Shown here: positions 38,603 to 49,731 of the stretch, in pieces
Numbering within the stretch: the first letter of the stretch is position 1
How the letters are laid out: every line of letters starts with the position of its first letter
IMG/VR virus record: IMGVR_UViG_3300027917_004314
Reading direction: 5' to 3' (one strand)
DNA: 64,000 bases
DNA from: a virus
Lineage: Duplodnaviria; Caudoviricetes
Notes under the pieces: model-generated
Database searches by the model: none
What the model was told of the DNA's origin: nothing
Seen by the model: only the letters and a program-made list of their open reading frames with translations
Program-made: the position numbers and the translations under genes

Positions 38603-41600
38603 TGTCTATTATTTTATCAAGTCAGGCAAATGTATCTACCGATGATGGTTTAAATATCCTTGGAGATTTTGGTAAATCTATAGGAATCCCGGGATTCCCG
38701 GAGCCACCAAATTTAAATAGCCCAGTTGCTAGCGGTTTAGAATCTTTAAAAAACGCTGCCAATGACGTATTGAATAAACTTCTTGGAAAAACAAACCAGG
38801 AGGCATGGGATTTAAATTTTGTTGAAAGTGGTAAACAAAGAATAGCAGGCGGAAATGTACAGGGAGGAAAAGTCCCGCCACTAGAAGAGGCAAATATAAG
38901 GCAGGTATATAGCCAAAGTCCGCACGTAAGCGTGATAATCAAAAAGCGTGCCTTTTCTTCTTTAAAAAATTTATACAATCCAATCTTTATGGATCCATCA
39001 GAGCAGTGGTTGTTTCGTGCCACCAAAAGACTGATTTCCAATAAGTGCGCTGAAATAGCCGATTATGAGAGGCTCACTAAGATATTGGAACTAGATGAGC
39101 TTGGCGCCAGCCCAGGTACCATTATTGCATCACTTGTGTCCAGTCTGGCAGAAAACACTGGTATTACTACAGCATTTACCTCTGCCATGCATTTGCAGAA
39201 GGCCGCATATGATAAACAACCACCAAAACTCACTACATATTTTGTTGACCACGACCTACCGGTGCTTGAAGAGCTAGGTGCCGGCAACGGCATATTTGAG
39301 ATCACCATGGTATCGGATGTCAACACCAGCTTGAGTTTAGACGGTTCAGGTGCCTGTAATTTCAATATAGAAGATCCATATCGCATATTGTTTATCACTG
39401 AGCAAGACATAGAATCTGCCCTACAGCAGACAGCTTTATCTAAATTTGTCGATGTTGTGAGCAACACTGCTTCTGCAGCACTAGAAAATGCGCAGATAAG
39501 GGATTCATTGCTCAGTAAAGCTAGAAAAGAAAGAGGTAAAAGCGAAATAAGCTTCACCGCAAACGTAGGTGGGGGGTTAGATATCGTTGCCGTCATAGAC
39601 GCCATCGGTTTTCAGATTACTCCGGATAATCTGAGTGATGTGCCTGAAACTCACGCCCTTGATACAAATGAAGAAGAGCTTTTCGAAGGTGTATACGAGT
39701 CTTTGAAAACATATCAGGCCGCAATGAAAAAGAATCTTTTGAACGGACTGAGCAATATTCTTAACTCGGGTGCTAAGATAAGAAGCCAGATGGAATATGC
39801 TCGCAAGAAAATGAGGTTATTCTATTTGGGGAAGTCTATTATACAACCTATGGACGCTGTACATATCCTCATGGATAGTGGAACCAGGCGACTTGGAGAA
39901 GGTGACAATGTTTCAATAGATAAGAACCAAAATATACTTACTGCAGAGGGACGCATCAGCCTTGCTAACGACGTATTAGGACTGGGCGATGACGCGATTA
40001 TAGATGATGATCTTCTCAAAATGGAATGGGAAAGAGAGGGTCAGCACATGCGGTTTACAGATTTCAAAAAATTGCGCATGATGCAATCTAGCGGTGAGGG
40101 CGGCACGCATGTATTCGGCGGATTAGTTAACACAGTAACTGATAGATATGATGCTAATTCTGGCAAATTTGTACTTTCAGTGGCATGCAACTCAAATATG
40201 GAATGGTTAAAAATTTCAAAGTATAATCAGCAACCATCATTGGATCAAACACAGGGCATAGTTTATGACCCGCTGACCCCGTTTGATTATGAAACGGATC
40301 CTGCTACTGGTCTTCCGACAGGGAAACCAAAACTCAGTGACGCGAATGTGATAGCTGGTACGTGTAAAAGGTATTTTGATAATGGGCCAAGAATTGGCAC
40401 TACGCTTGAAACGATAGAAGATATGGAGCAAGATGTCAGAAGGTTGGGTGGGAATGTAATTACACTATATCAACACGCACCAGGTTTGCTCTATAAGTGG
40501 AAAGAAGGCATCCAAACTGCCACATATAATCTCTCGACTGTGGATCCGCTTGACGGATCTCTAGTGGACGGCAAACAGTTAAGAAGAGATGTGGGCTTCT
40601 TCGCATCTAACACTCCGTTTGACAACCTTGATGCGGCTAATATTATCAGCCTGTTAGTTACAGGATTTCCGTATGATCCTGCAAAATTTGTGCAATCCGC
40701 GATTAATAATGGGTCGTTTAACATAGATACGACCCTGAATAGCACGAAACATTATTTTCATACCTTTTTGGACGTGCAAAGGTCCCTTAATTTTGTGCAT
40801 GGCGGTTTTGTACCATTTAAAACTCTCACCAGCAGCCCGGCCGCATTGGCAAAAGCAATAAACCTACAACAACAATTAACCGACAGATCTTCTAGACTGT
40901 CTCAATTACGCACTCAATTAGCAGCTAGTTCAGACAAAATTTCTCAACTAAAAGAAATGAAGCAGGCAGACCAGCGACTTATGGATGCTTTAGATAAGAA
41001 ATTTGGTGAAACTAGTAGAACTTTGGATGAACTTGAAAATGAAATTATGGGCTTTAAGGAAAGTGCCGAATGGCTAAAGGGCGGCGTACTAGAGGTGGCC
41101 GGCAACGATATTTCATTTGATTTAACTGGCGGCGCAGACAATTTTAAGTTGTTTTCTGATAGACTTACACATGCGTCCTTGAGAAGGAGAGAGCAAATAG
41201 TAAACGGCCGGGACACGAATTTTCTGATCGTTTCGGATGAATACGACAAAGATTACGATATACAATCCTTTATATTGAAACTAAAAGAGCAGGCTCCAAG
41301 CTTTTGGAAATCTACTTATATGTCGGTATATCAAATGTGTCAAGAAGTGGCAAAGATATTGAACTTCGAGTTGTTCTGTAATAGTCAGGGTCATATTGAA
41401 TTTAGGCCACCACAATATAATAGAACTCCAGTCTCTGTATTCAATCAGATGGTTACATTAAGTAAAACATCTGGAATTAAAATTTTTCCGGATTTTCTTG
41501 CCAGTTTGTACCAAAGCAGAGAGCAAAGTCTAACTAACGACATTATTGTATTAGAGTGGGAGATACGTCTTAAAGCAGCGTTGCTTGGGAAAAAGACACT

Positions 41601-43365
41601 TAAAGAGGTGCAAGACCTCACGTCTAGTCTTACATCTGCCGGAGGCTATAGAGTAGATGGTGGCATCATATTTATCACTGAACAGGTTGATAAACTAAAG
41701 AAAGCTGCTGCAGAGAGGAGTTCTATTAAAGAGCCGCCCGATAAGAAGGCGCTGCAGGCTCGTATTAAAGAGGCTGCTGCTGCATCAGTAATCGATGTTA
41801 ACGGTGGCACTTTCACCGCAACGGGTCAAAAGAATTTACAAGCCACATATCTAAACAGAGAGGGATCCGTATCTGATGACGCTTTGAGCACTTTGGCGAC
41901 TGAAGCAAGCCAAGAAGCATATAAAAAAGCAAGAAATGCGCTTGTTAAATTAACAGGCAAAAGGCCACAAAGTTTCGACGAATTTGATAAAGCAAAAGTC
42001 GGAGCCGTAAGAAATGGTCAAAGCACACCGGCAAGTGATATTGCACGAATTATTTCTGATATCGGGGAGCTGATAAGTAGAAGAGCCAAATTGCTAAAAA
42101 CCCTTAAAAGAGTATTAGAACAAAACATTGAAATTGGATACGTAAATGAAGATGGAACATTTAAGGTGTCCGCTGCTAATTTTTTGAGCACCTCGGCCTT
42201 CAAAGAATCTGATATGTTCTCAAAACTAATTGAAGAAGATTCAAAACATATACTTGGTCATATGTCTGGAAGCAGATTTATCATTAAAGACGAGCATATC
42301 ATTGCATCTACTTTTGAAGAAAAACCGCCTGCACTCACAAATGTAACGGTTACTGGTACGGAGCCAATAGTGGGAGAAGGTGGTGGTAATTTGGCAGGAG
42401 TGCCAGTATATACCGCATTCGGTGTTGATTTTGACATGTGGCGACAATATGGTTGGCGCGGCGAGCAGGCTTTTGATAAACCATTTTTGTGGAGTGCAGA
42501 AGCACAATGCGCACCATACGCAGTTATGTTGCTGTCTAGACAGAGGAAAAATATTGTTACAGGTACAATAACTGTGATGGGCAACGAATATTATCAACTC
42601 GGAGATGTAGTATATGTAACGCACAGGGAAATGCTTTATTATGTAGATGCCGTACAACATGAGTTCTCATATACTGGAGGTCTTAAAACAACACTAAAAT
42701 TGGTTTATGGACACCCGCCCGGAGAATATATACCAACACCCTTGGACATTATAGGAAAAAATCTAACTGCAAAAGGTAGAACGCAAGGCGCCTATAGAAT
42801 TAGACGGGATAGACCGGGTTCCGACGTGCTGTTGGGTACCATACAATTCAGGAAAAATTCTAGTAGTGTCGATCTATTGGAGGGTGCATACGGTGTAAAG
42901 AATTTTATGGAGCTTGTTAATGCTTCATTAACTGCGCGAGCAGATAAGAACATAGATGAGAAAAATCCACTCATTAGTGCAAGAATTTATATCATGTCGT
43001 TTGGACGTAATAAAAAACTTGGAGAAGCGAGGGCCCACATTGTAAAAAGTTGGTTCGCAAACCCCTATTCACCTATTGAACCGCAAGATGGAATCGGGGC
43101 TGTTGGTGGTGTGTCACAGCTAAACGTAACAAATAGAACTTCCAAAATAGACGAAGACCCTAAAAATTATGCCATTCCAGAGAAACTGGTAAAGGTTCAA
43201 ACTATTGATCAGTGTTCTGAGAAAGCGCAATTAACGCCTGCTGAACAAGATCTAATAAACAAAGGCATTACTGCTAATCAAAAATCCATTGCGCTGGATA
43301 ATACGTTAAACAGCGTAATAGAAATACGTTTGCGGGAGCCGCCAACTGGAGGTTGGAAAGACTAA
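38602..43365 (+). CDS. Baseplate hub protein with large insertions
   Basis: 1587 aa; FELFCNSQGHIEFRPPQY and GTITVMGN...LGDVVY...VDAVQHEFSY...TTLKLVYG hub motifs. Confidence 0.7.
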   Translation: MSIILSSQANVSTDDGLNILGDFGKSIGIPGFPEPPNLNSPVASGLESLKNAANDVLNKLLGKTNQEAWDLNFVESGKQRIAGGNVQGGKVPPLEEANIRQVYSQSPHVSVIIKKRAFSSLKNLYNPIFMDPSEQWLFRATKRLISNKCAEIADYERLTKILELDELGASPGTIIASLVSSLAENTGITTAFTSAMHLQKAAYDKQPPKLTTYFVDHDLPVLEELGAGNGIFEITMVSDVNTSLSLDGSGACNFNIEDPYRILFITEQDIESALQQTALSKFVDVVSNTASAALENAQIRDSLLSKARKERGKSEISFTANVGGGLDIVAVIDAIGFQITPDNLSDVPETHALDTNEEELFEGVYESLKTYQAAMKKNLLNGLSNILNSGAKIRSQMEYARKKMRLFYLGKSIIQPMDAVHILMDSGTRRLGEGDNVSIDKNQNILTAEGRISLANDVLGLGDDAIIDDDLLKMEWEREGQHMRFTDFKKLRMMQSSGEGGTHVFGGLVNTVTDRYDANSGKFVLSVACNSNMEWLKISKYNQQPSLDQTQGIVYDPLTPFDYETDPATGLPTGKPKLSDANVIAGTCKRYFDNGPRIGTTLETIEDMEQDVRRLGGNVITLYQHAPGLLYKWKEGIQTATYNLSTVDPLDGSLVDGKQLRRDVGFFASNTPFDNLDAANIISLLVTGFPYDPAKFVQSAINNGSFNIDTTLNSTKHYFHTFLDVQRSLNFVHGGFVPFKTLTSSPAALAKAINLQQQLTDRSSRLSQLRTQLAASSDKISQLKEMKQADQRLMDALDKKFGETSRTLDELENEIMGFKESAEWLKGGVLEVAGNDISFDLTGGADNFKLFSDRLTHASLRRREQIVNGRDTNFLIVSDEYDKDYDIQSFILKLKEQAPSFWKSTYMSVYQMCQEVAKILNFELFCNSQGHIEFRPPQYNRTPVSVFNQMVTLSKTSGIKIFPDFLASLYQSREQSLTNDIIVLEWEIRLKAALLGKKTLKEVQDLTSSLTSAGGYRVDGGIIFITEQVDKLKKAAAERSSIKEPPDKKALQARIKEAAAASVIDVNGGTFTATGQKNLQATYLNREGSVSDDALSTLATEASQEAYKKARNALVKLTGKRPQSFDEFDKAKVGAVRNGQSTPASDIARIISDIGELISRRAKLLKTLKRVLEQNIEIGYVNEDGTFKVSAANFLSTSAFKESDMFSKLIEEDSKHILGHMSGSRFIIKDEHIIASTFEEKPPALTNVTVTGTEPIVGEGGGNLAGVPVYTAFGVDFDMWRQYGWRGEQAFDKPFLWSAEAQCAPYAVMLLSRQRKNIVTGTITVMGNEYYQLGDVVYVTHREMLYYVDAVQHEFSYTGGLKTTLKLVYGHPPGEYIPTPLDIIGKNLTAKGRTQGAYRIRRDRPGSDVLLGTIQFRKNSSSVDLLEGAYGVKNFMELVNASLTARADKNIDEKNPLISARIYIMSFGRNKKLGEARAHIVKSWFANPYSPIEPQDGIGAVGGVSQLNVTNRTSKIDEDPKNYAIPEKLVKVQTIDQCSEKAQLTPAEQDLINKGITANQKSIALDNTLNSVIEIRLREPPTGGWKD

Positions 43366-45623
43366 TGACACGTAAACATGTGACAAGCGTTATTCGTCTG
43401 GCAGAAATAACGAGCGTAAATTATGAAGATGGCGTTGCGTTCACAAGATGGTTAGATGAAGGTCAAGAGATTGGGCCAGTTATTCCCATACCACATCCAA
43501 CAGCCAATAAGGGTGGTAGTGGTATCTTCATAGGGATAAAAGTTGGCACTGTTGTGGCATTAGCGATGGCATCTTATCAGAGATGGATTCCAGTACATAT
43601 CATCCCAATTAGGGCCTACTATGACGACGATGTATCTGATATTCCAGAAGCACACTACGATGATGTTGGATTCCCAGTTATTGGCGAAGGGGAAATAGTT
43701 TTGCAGGGTCCATCTGGAGGCCTGCTTGTGTTTGCTAATGATGAGTCCATTTATCTAGAAAACGAGTATGAAGAGGGGTTTATATATAGTGGGAGAGACG
43801 ATAGTACTAGGTGTCTTATACATACGTCTCCTCCAGTTTCATATAATGTCTCGCACGCTGGACTCGAAGTAAAAGGTATTGTTAGGCGTGACGTTAGAAT
43901 GGAAGACAACGAAGAAGATTACTCAGATTTTCTAACGGATATCGAATCCGAGGCCATACTTGAGGAAATTGGCTGGGATTACAGCAGAAAAGTAGCATAT
44001 GTTTCTAGAAACACTGAAGAAACTGGCGCAAGTGGTAGTGGCAGCATCCAAAACAAAAATTTTAGAAATCCAGCATTTGTTGAAGAAAGAAACATATTAT
44101 TAGAATCTGGTAGGAAATGGAATGTAGGGACATTTGACGAAGAATTAGCCAGATTTCAGCAGCCTCTTAAAGCACTTAATGACTTTGAAGATAGGTCAGA
44201 ATATCGAAGTAATGCCCTTGGATTGTCATTGGCAAATCCAAACGAGCTGATTGAAGAAATTAAAGGGACGGTTGTGGATCTGTTTGGTAACCCTGTAGAT
44301 ATTAATCGAAACATTATCGGCACTCCGAGCGGAAAGACTGCCAAAGAACTATTACTAGATACTGTAGAAAAAAATAGGCACACAATTGCCTATCATAAAG
44401 AAATAAATGTACGCAAGGGTTGGGCGTATAGAGAAGCGGTTGTTAGCACAAAAAAGCCAATTTTGCTCACAGATGTTCCAGATATTTTATCCGCCGCAAA
44501 CAATGCCAGAGATAGAAGCAAATGGTTCGTCGATGTAGATAAGGAAGGCCTAACAAAAATTAACATACCTGCAAGTTCAGAAACTGGCAATGTGCCATTG
44601 TTGACTAGATATGAAAATTCTAGTGTAATAGAAGTTGATAGTAGCGGCAAACCAACAGGCAAAGCAAGAGGTGTTGAAGACGCTCAAAAAATATTTAGAA
44701 ACGAGGCGAACCGGGACATATTTCTAGATCAGTTCGGCCCAGGCGGAATTGAGCTAGAGCCCTATGGTCCAGATAACAGATTAGCTGGATGGGATACCAG
44801 TTGGACAGATAGTGAACAGCAAGTTCTGGATTTAGAGATACAATCAGGAACAGCATTTCACGACATAACACAGACCGCTAAAGCACTACTTAATGAAAGT
44901 ATTAATAAAAATTCATCTACAATAGCATCAGACGTTATAAATAATGAATCTACCCCAGTGGAAAGCGACATACCAGCTGTAGCTAGCCCTATCAACCGGT
45001 CGATTCCAAAAGCTGAAACATCTAAAGCAGTTAGGGACGAGAAAACAGGGCTTGTGAAAAACCAACCAAATGCTGGTGGCCGCAGTGTTCATCTTAATCT
45101 TGATGGAAGTTTTGAGACATCAATAGGTGCCAACACTATCGACAGAATATCATGGACTTTGGATACTGCCGGTGCCCTGGTAGCTAGACTTGGCAGAGAC
45201 AGATCGGGAAGAAGTGCTATTATACATACTGATGGAACTATAGCTGTGGAAGTTGGGGGATATGATTTTATTGGAGAATCTAGCAACGACGAAGTGGATA
45301 CCAGATTTGTAGGTCGTGGAGATAATAGAATCGCGGCACTACCACTTGATCAAACTAGGTTCCGTGGCGGTAAGATTGTTATACGAGTTAGAAGAGCAAA
45401 TGCTGCAGGAACGGGCCCTGATCAGCAGGGAGATGATCATTTGGTTATTATAGATGACACGGGCGTTACAATAGAATCTGCCGGTGTTATGAATTTTGTT
45501 AGCAAAGCAAACATGACTTTCAAGAGTGAGACCGGCATTGTTATTATAGATGGCGAAGCTATCCAATTTTATGAACAAAACCCCAGGTATTTAAACCGGT
45601 CCACAAGACAACTAATACCGTAA
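43365..45623 (+). CDS. Baseplate central spike protein (gp5/gpV-like)
   Basis: N-terminal OB-like AEITSVNY...GIFIGIKVGTVVAL; C-terminal beta-strand repeats. GGAGG RBS and TAATG coupling favour ATG 43365. Confidence 0.6.
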   Translation: MTRKHVTSVIRLAEITSVNYEDGVAFTRWLDEGQEIGPVIPIPHPTANKGGSGIFIGIKVGTVVALAMASYQRWIPVHIIPIRAYYDDDVSDIPEAHYDDVGFPVIGEGEIVLQGPSGGLLVFANDESIYLENEYEEGFIYSGRDDSTRCLIHTSPPVSYNVSHAGLEVKGIVRRDVRMEDNEEDYSDFLTDIESEAILEEIGWDYSRKVAYVSRNTEETGASGSGSIQNKNFRNPAFVEERNILLESGRKWNVGTFDEELARFQQPLKALNDFEDRSEYRSNALGLSLANPNELIEEIKGTVVDLFGNPVDINRNIIGTPSGKTAKELLLDTVEKNRHTIAYHKEINVRKGWAYREAVVSTKKPILLTDVPDILSAANNARDRSKWFVDVDKEGLTKINIPASSETGNVPLLTRYENSSVIEVDSSGKPTGKARGVEDAQKIFRNEANRDIFLDQFGPGGIELEPYGPDNRLAGWDTSWTDSEQQVLDLEIQSGTAFHDITQTAKALLNESINKNSSTIASDVINNESTPVESDIPAVASPINRSIPKAETSKAVRDEKTGLVKNQPNAGGRSVHLNLDGSFETSIGANTIDRISWTLDTAGALVARLGRDRSGRSAIIHTDGTIAVEVGGYDFIGESSNDEVDTRFVGRGDNRIAALPLDQTRFRGGKIVIRVRRANAAGTGPDQQGDDHLVIIDDTGVTIESAGVMNFVSKANMTFKSETGIVIIDGEAIQFYEQNPRYLNRSTRQLIP

Positions 45624-45632
45624 GGAGAGAAT

Positions 45633-47654
45633 ATGGCGGCACCAAACCTGCCCGTTGTACCACTATTACCGTCTACTGGCGCTCGGCCTTTAACATATCC
45701 AGAGTTATTGGATAAATTAAAGTGCGTATGTACCGCTGGCGCACAAATACGACCATCTTCACTGCCGAGTGCTACAGTCGACTTGGCAGATATTATCGCA
45801 GATCACGCTAGGTTTTTAACTATCTTCACAGCTGGGTTTGGTATTATAACGGTGGTGTTAAAAATGATAGCATGTATTATTGACGTGCTATGCGCCTTAA
45901 TGAATCCGTTTTCTGTTATATCTGCTTTAATTAGATTGTTTGGAACATGTTTACCAGATTTTATTCTCATATTCCCGCAATTTGCCATACCTGCCAAGAT
46001 TATTTGTATACTAAAAATTATCTTGGCAATTTTGGAATATATACTTACAGTCATTGTTCCACTGATACAAGAAATTATACAGAACGTTGAAGGTTTAATC
46101 AGATCCATAGACGACAACAATGCACAAGGAATAGCGGCCATATCGTTCAAAATTGCGACATTGATTAAAGAACTATATAGTGTGTTGGGGATCTTTGAGG
46201 CGCTATCTGCAATATGGGCCATGATCAAGTTGTTTTTAGACGCTGGAATAGGAATCCCATGTGGCGGTTCAGGTGGCTCATGTGAAGGGTGTGCAGATGA
46301 TCAATGTAATGATACGCTTAGAGAGTCAAACATTACTGGTACTGATGGTGTGCTTTCTTTGAGCTATATAAGTTCCAGCAGTTACATAATCAGATTTTAT
46401 TCGAACTCTAAAAAATCCAATTTTCTGGATCTGCGTGGCTTTTTCCCAAGGGGGTTGAACTACAGTGAAATTGAAGATGAAGATGATCTTCCATATGTTA
46501 TAACTGTAGATGGAACAGCATACGCTATGACTGGCATAAATTCTAGCGGTACTGCTACATTATCTTTTATTAACCAACCATACGAAACAGACGGTTACTT
46601 ATCTGGTATGGTTTCTGGGGTTTCTTTTGTTGACCCCTTGGATATACGCTTTGGTGTTGATACGCAAACATTTTTACCATCGTATGCAGGCACCCGCTAT
46701 GTAGAATTAATAGACAGAACGAACGCTTCTTTCGCAACGGCTAATAATGGAACATGGCGCATTGAAGAAGTATATGATAGCAATAATGTGCGCTTAAGAA
46801 GATCAGATGATTACTGGCGCTATAGCGGCGGGGCTAACCCAGCAAACCATCTAGACTGGAAATTGTTGCCAGCAACTCCTTCTGCTGGATCTAATAAAAC
46901 ATTTGATCTTGAAATAAACCATAATGAACTTATAAGACATAACGTAATTGGTGCTGGATGCCACCCAGCTATTAAGGCAACCTTAGATGCATTTAATAAT
47001 AGATTTCCTGACGCAAGTAATCTCACGCTTCCAGAGTTGCCAGATTTCGATTTGTTGTTATCTGAGTTGGATACATGTTTAGCTGCTGTTGGTCCAGAAG
47101 ATGTGACCACAGACTACGTATTAGATAATTATGATTCTATTGCGTCGGGTGCAGCAGCTTTACAAAGTTGTATTGCTGGACCTATGGAAAATTTCACATC
47201 TGAGCTTACCGATTACGTAGAAGATATATACCCTAGAATTTTCGACCCAGAAAACTCTACTTTAGAAGCAGAGCCGCTCATTCAGGTGGTCGGCGAATAT
47301 GTTGATGTTACTTTAATACCATATGATATTAATGGGAATAAATTGGCGCAGACATTGCCAGTTGGTATTATAGAGGCAACAATCTTTAGCGATGTAGGAG
47401 TATTATCGTCGACACAAGAGGTGCTTGACGAGAATGGTGACTCTACTGGTGATTTTGTGGCAACCTTAACCAGTTATAAACCAACTACGGTGAAGCTTAG
47501 CGCACAGGTTGGTGGTAAAGACGTCGCTGATTTTAACGGTTCAACTTTAGTAAAGCGCATAGTAGAAGTTGAATTCGTAGCACCCGAGGTACAGAGAGTA
47601 CCAGCCATTGAGGGTGACACCCCAGAACCGCTTGGCGTAGGTAAAACGGAGTAA
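45633..47654 (+). CDS. Spike-adjacent protein with a hydrophobic Cys-rich N-terminus and a C-terminal Ig-like domain
   Basis: 673 aa; AAGGAG RBS; long hydrophobic helices followed by CGGSGGSCEGC...C. Confidence 0.55.
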   Translation: MAAPNLPVVPLLPSTGARPLTYPELLDKLKCVCTAGAQIRPSSLPSATVDLADIIADHARFLTIFTAGFGIITVVLKMIACIIDVLCALMNPFSVISALIRLFGTCLPDFILIFPQFAIPAKIICILKIILAILEYILTVIVPLIQEIIQNVEGLIRSIDDNNAQGIAAISFKIATLIKELYSVLGIFEALSAIWAMIKLFLDAGIGIPCGGSGGSCEGCADDQCNDTLRESNITGTDGVLSLSYISSSSYIIRFYSNSKKSNFLDLRGFFPRGLNYSEIEDEDDLPYVITVDGTAYAMTGINSSGTATLSFINQPYETDGYLSGMVSGVSFVDPLDIRFGVDTQTFLPSYAGTRYVELIDRTNASFATANNGTWRIEEVYDSNNVRLRRSDDYWRYSGGANPANHLDWKLLPATPSAGSNKTFDLEINHNELIRHNVIGAGCHPAIKATLDAFNNRFPDASNLTLPELPDFDLLLSELDTCLAAVGPEDVTTDYVLDNYDSIASGAAALQSCIAGPMENFTSELTDYVEDIYPRIFDPENSTLEAEPLIQVVGEYVDVTLIPYDINGNKLAQTLPVGIIEATIFSDVGVLSSTQEVLDENGDSTGDFVATLTSYKPTTVKLSAQVGGKDVADFNGSTLVKRIVEVEFVAPEVQRVPAIEGDTPEPLGVGKTE

Positions 47655-47657
47655 TAC

Positions 47658-49283
47658 ATGTCAGATATTTCTAATAAAGACTCACGGGCAAATTTTGATG
47701 TCATTGCTTTTGCTAAAAGTATCTTATATGAAGTGGATGCTGTCAGGGCTTTTAGTAAAACATCAGATGATAAAACTGAAGGGCAGGTACAAACATACAT
47801 AGAGTCTAGAGTTAATGCGTTTTTTAGACTTATTGGCTTGCCAATGTTCGTAGAAGTAAAACCGAAAAACGAGCGCAATGCAAAGGTAAAGGCCGAAGGG
47901 TTTTCCGGCGAGCAAATACTGACCCCAGGATTTTCTAGAACTGTAAGTCCGACATTAGATTCAGTATACAATATTGTAAACAGTACAAAAGTAGAGATCA
48001 GCAAGGAAGCACAAAGCAGAGAGTCATACCTACTTAAAATAGAAAATAATATTGGCACACAAAAAATGAATGACGATATGTTAGAGGCCCTAAAGACTCC
48101 CATACCTTTACAGGCTAATGTAGTTGGCATGGTTGGCGAAAGCGGGCGTATAGTTCAGAAGAAATTAAAACCACTTATGACTGTACGTTTGGCTGACGGA
48201 GTGTTGCCACGCAGAAATGAACTAGCAAGACCGTTTTTATCGGAAAAAGATGATGACAAAATTGATTCAGATACGATATTGCCCAAACCATTTATCGAAA
48301 CTGTCATACGCATACGGTTGGTTGAAGCTGGAGGGGGAGGTGATGCGGCCAACAGAGAAAAGGTAAGTGATTTTCAGAATTCTATCAAAGCGGCGCTAGG
48401 CCGAGATAAAGACGGCGATGACATATTTGATCAAGTGTTTTCTAACTATAAGAAAGCATTTAGCGAAACGGATGTGCGAGAGGATTTTATTTTAAGTAAG
48501 TTGCTCGGAGCACTTCAACTGTTAGCCAATAAGTGGGTAAATATTAAAAGAAAACAAACGCGCTTGGCAAGCGAAATAGAATCTAATATCCTTATCAAAA
48601 CATCGTCTGCAAAATCAAGTCCGTTTGCCAGGAGAGCAAGTATTTCAACGACACTGAGTAATGATTCTACATTAAGTAAAAAGATCAGGCATGAGTCAGA
48701 AAAAATAGCAGTTGAGGAATCATATTTAAGTTTACTTACCTCAGATGATGTGGCTAGGTCCTCGGCCATTACACCGAAAGTTGCGGCAACTAAAAATACT
48801 GCAACCAGTGCACTTAACAGGCCGTTCACTGAAATAATGAATAATGACCTTACTCAGTTTAAGAAAAACTTGTCCAACCTTAACAGAACAAAGAAGAAAA
48901 AGGCAGCAGAGCTAGATAAATTAAGAATTGAGTTAGAAATGATGACCGGTGAGTTTACTGGGCTATCGATTCCAGATGTGATTATTACTATGACAGCATT
49001 ATTTTTGATAACTGACAAAGACTTGCTGGGACTTTTAGATTCCAAGACTCTCAAAGAAATGGAAAATGATGACATTCTGAAGAGGGCACTGGAATCCGTA
49101 GGGTCGCCGACAGATACTATCACAGCTGTAGCAAATCTTGGTCTTGTTGTTGACGATCTATATACCTTGTTGAAAACAAATATTGCTATAGTGGTAGACA
49201 GGAAAACTAAAACAAGCGTAACCAGTCGCGCCAATAGAAGAAAAGCTAAATCAACTAAAAGGAGCGTTAATTATTCCGAGTAA
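47658..49283 (+). CDS. Hypothetical baseplate-region protein
   Basis: 541 aa, charged and helical. Confidence 0.65.
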   Translation: MSDISNKDSRANFDVIAFAKSILYEVDAVRAFSKTSDDKTEGQVQTYIESRVNAFFRLIGLPMFVEVKPKNERNAKVKAEGFSGEQILTPGFSRTVSPTLDSVYNIVNSTKVEISKEAQSRESYLLKIENNIGTQKMNDDMLEALKTPIPLQANVVGMVGESGRIVQKKLKPLMTVRLADGVLPRRNELARPFLSEKDDDKIDSDTILPKPFIETVIRIRLVEAGGGGDAANREKVSDFQNSIKAALGRDKDGDDIFDQVFSNYKKAFSETDVREDFILSKLLGALQLLANKWVNIKRKQTRLASEIESNILIKTSSAKSSPFARRASISTTLSNDSTLSKKIRHESEKIAVEESYLSLLTSDDVARSSAITPKVAATKNTATSALNRPFTEIMNNDLTQFKKNLSNLNRTKKKKAAELDKLRIELEMMTGEFTGLSIPDVIITMTALFLITDKDLLGLLDSKTLKEMENDDILKRALESVGSPTDTITAVANLGLVVDDLYTLLKTNIAIVVDRKTKTSVTSRANRRKAKSTKRSVNYSE

Positions 49284-49296
49284 TTAATTTTTGAAA

Positions 49297-49728
49297 ATGT
49301 CATTTGATTTAAAAATTGAAAATAACAATTTGAATTTAAATCCCGACGGATCATTACAGACTGTTCACGATAATAATAAATTAGCGCAGGATGTTGTAAA
49401 AGGGATACTGACACCATTGGGCTCTAATAAGTTTTTTAGATGGTATGGTAGCATGATAAGCGCGCGAGTTGTTGGAAATATTTTATCGGCATCACAAACA
49501 GAAGCAGAAATAGAAAGAGCGATATACAATACTTTAAGTAATTTAATAGCTTTACAGAAGGTACAGGCACGCACACAGTATGTTTCTGCCGGAGAAACCA
49601 TCGCTGCTATTAAAAACATAACGGCGGCCAGAGACCCAGTAGATCCAAGAGAATGGGAAATCACGGTGTCGGTTTTGACCAGAAAACTAACACTTGTGGA
49701 AGAGACTTTTAGCTTGAGGGTGGTATAA
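49297..49728 (+). CDS. Baseplate wedge / sheath initiator (gp25-like)
   Basis: DLKIENNNL...KLAQDVVKGILTPLGS...WYGS...EITVSVLT; precedes the baseplate J-like gene. Confidence 0.75.
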   Translation: MSFDLKIENNNLNLNPDGSLQTVHDNNKLAQDVVKGILTPLGSNKFFRWYGSMISARVVGNILSASQTEAEIERAIYNTLSNLIALQKVQARTQYVSAGETIAAIKNITAARDPVDPREWEITVSVLTRKLTLVEETFSLRVV

Positions 49729-49731
49729 CAC

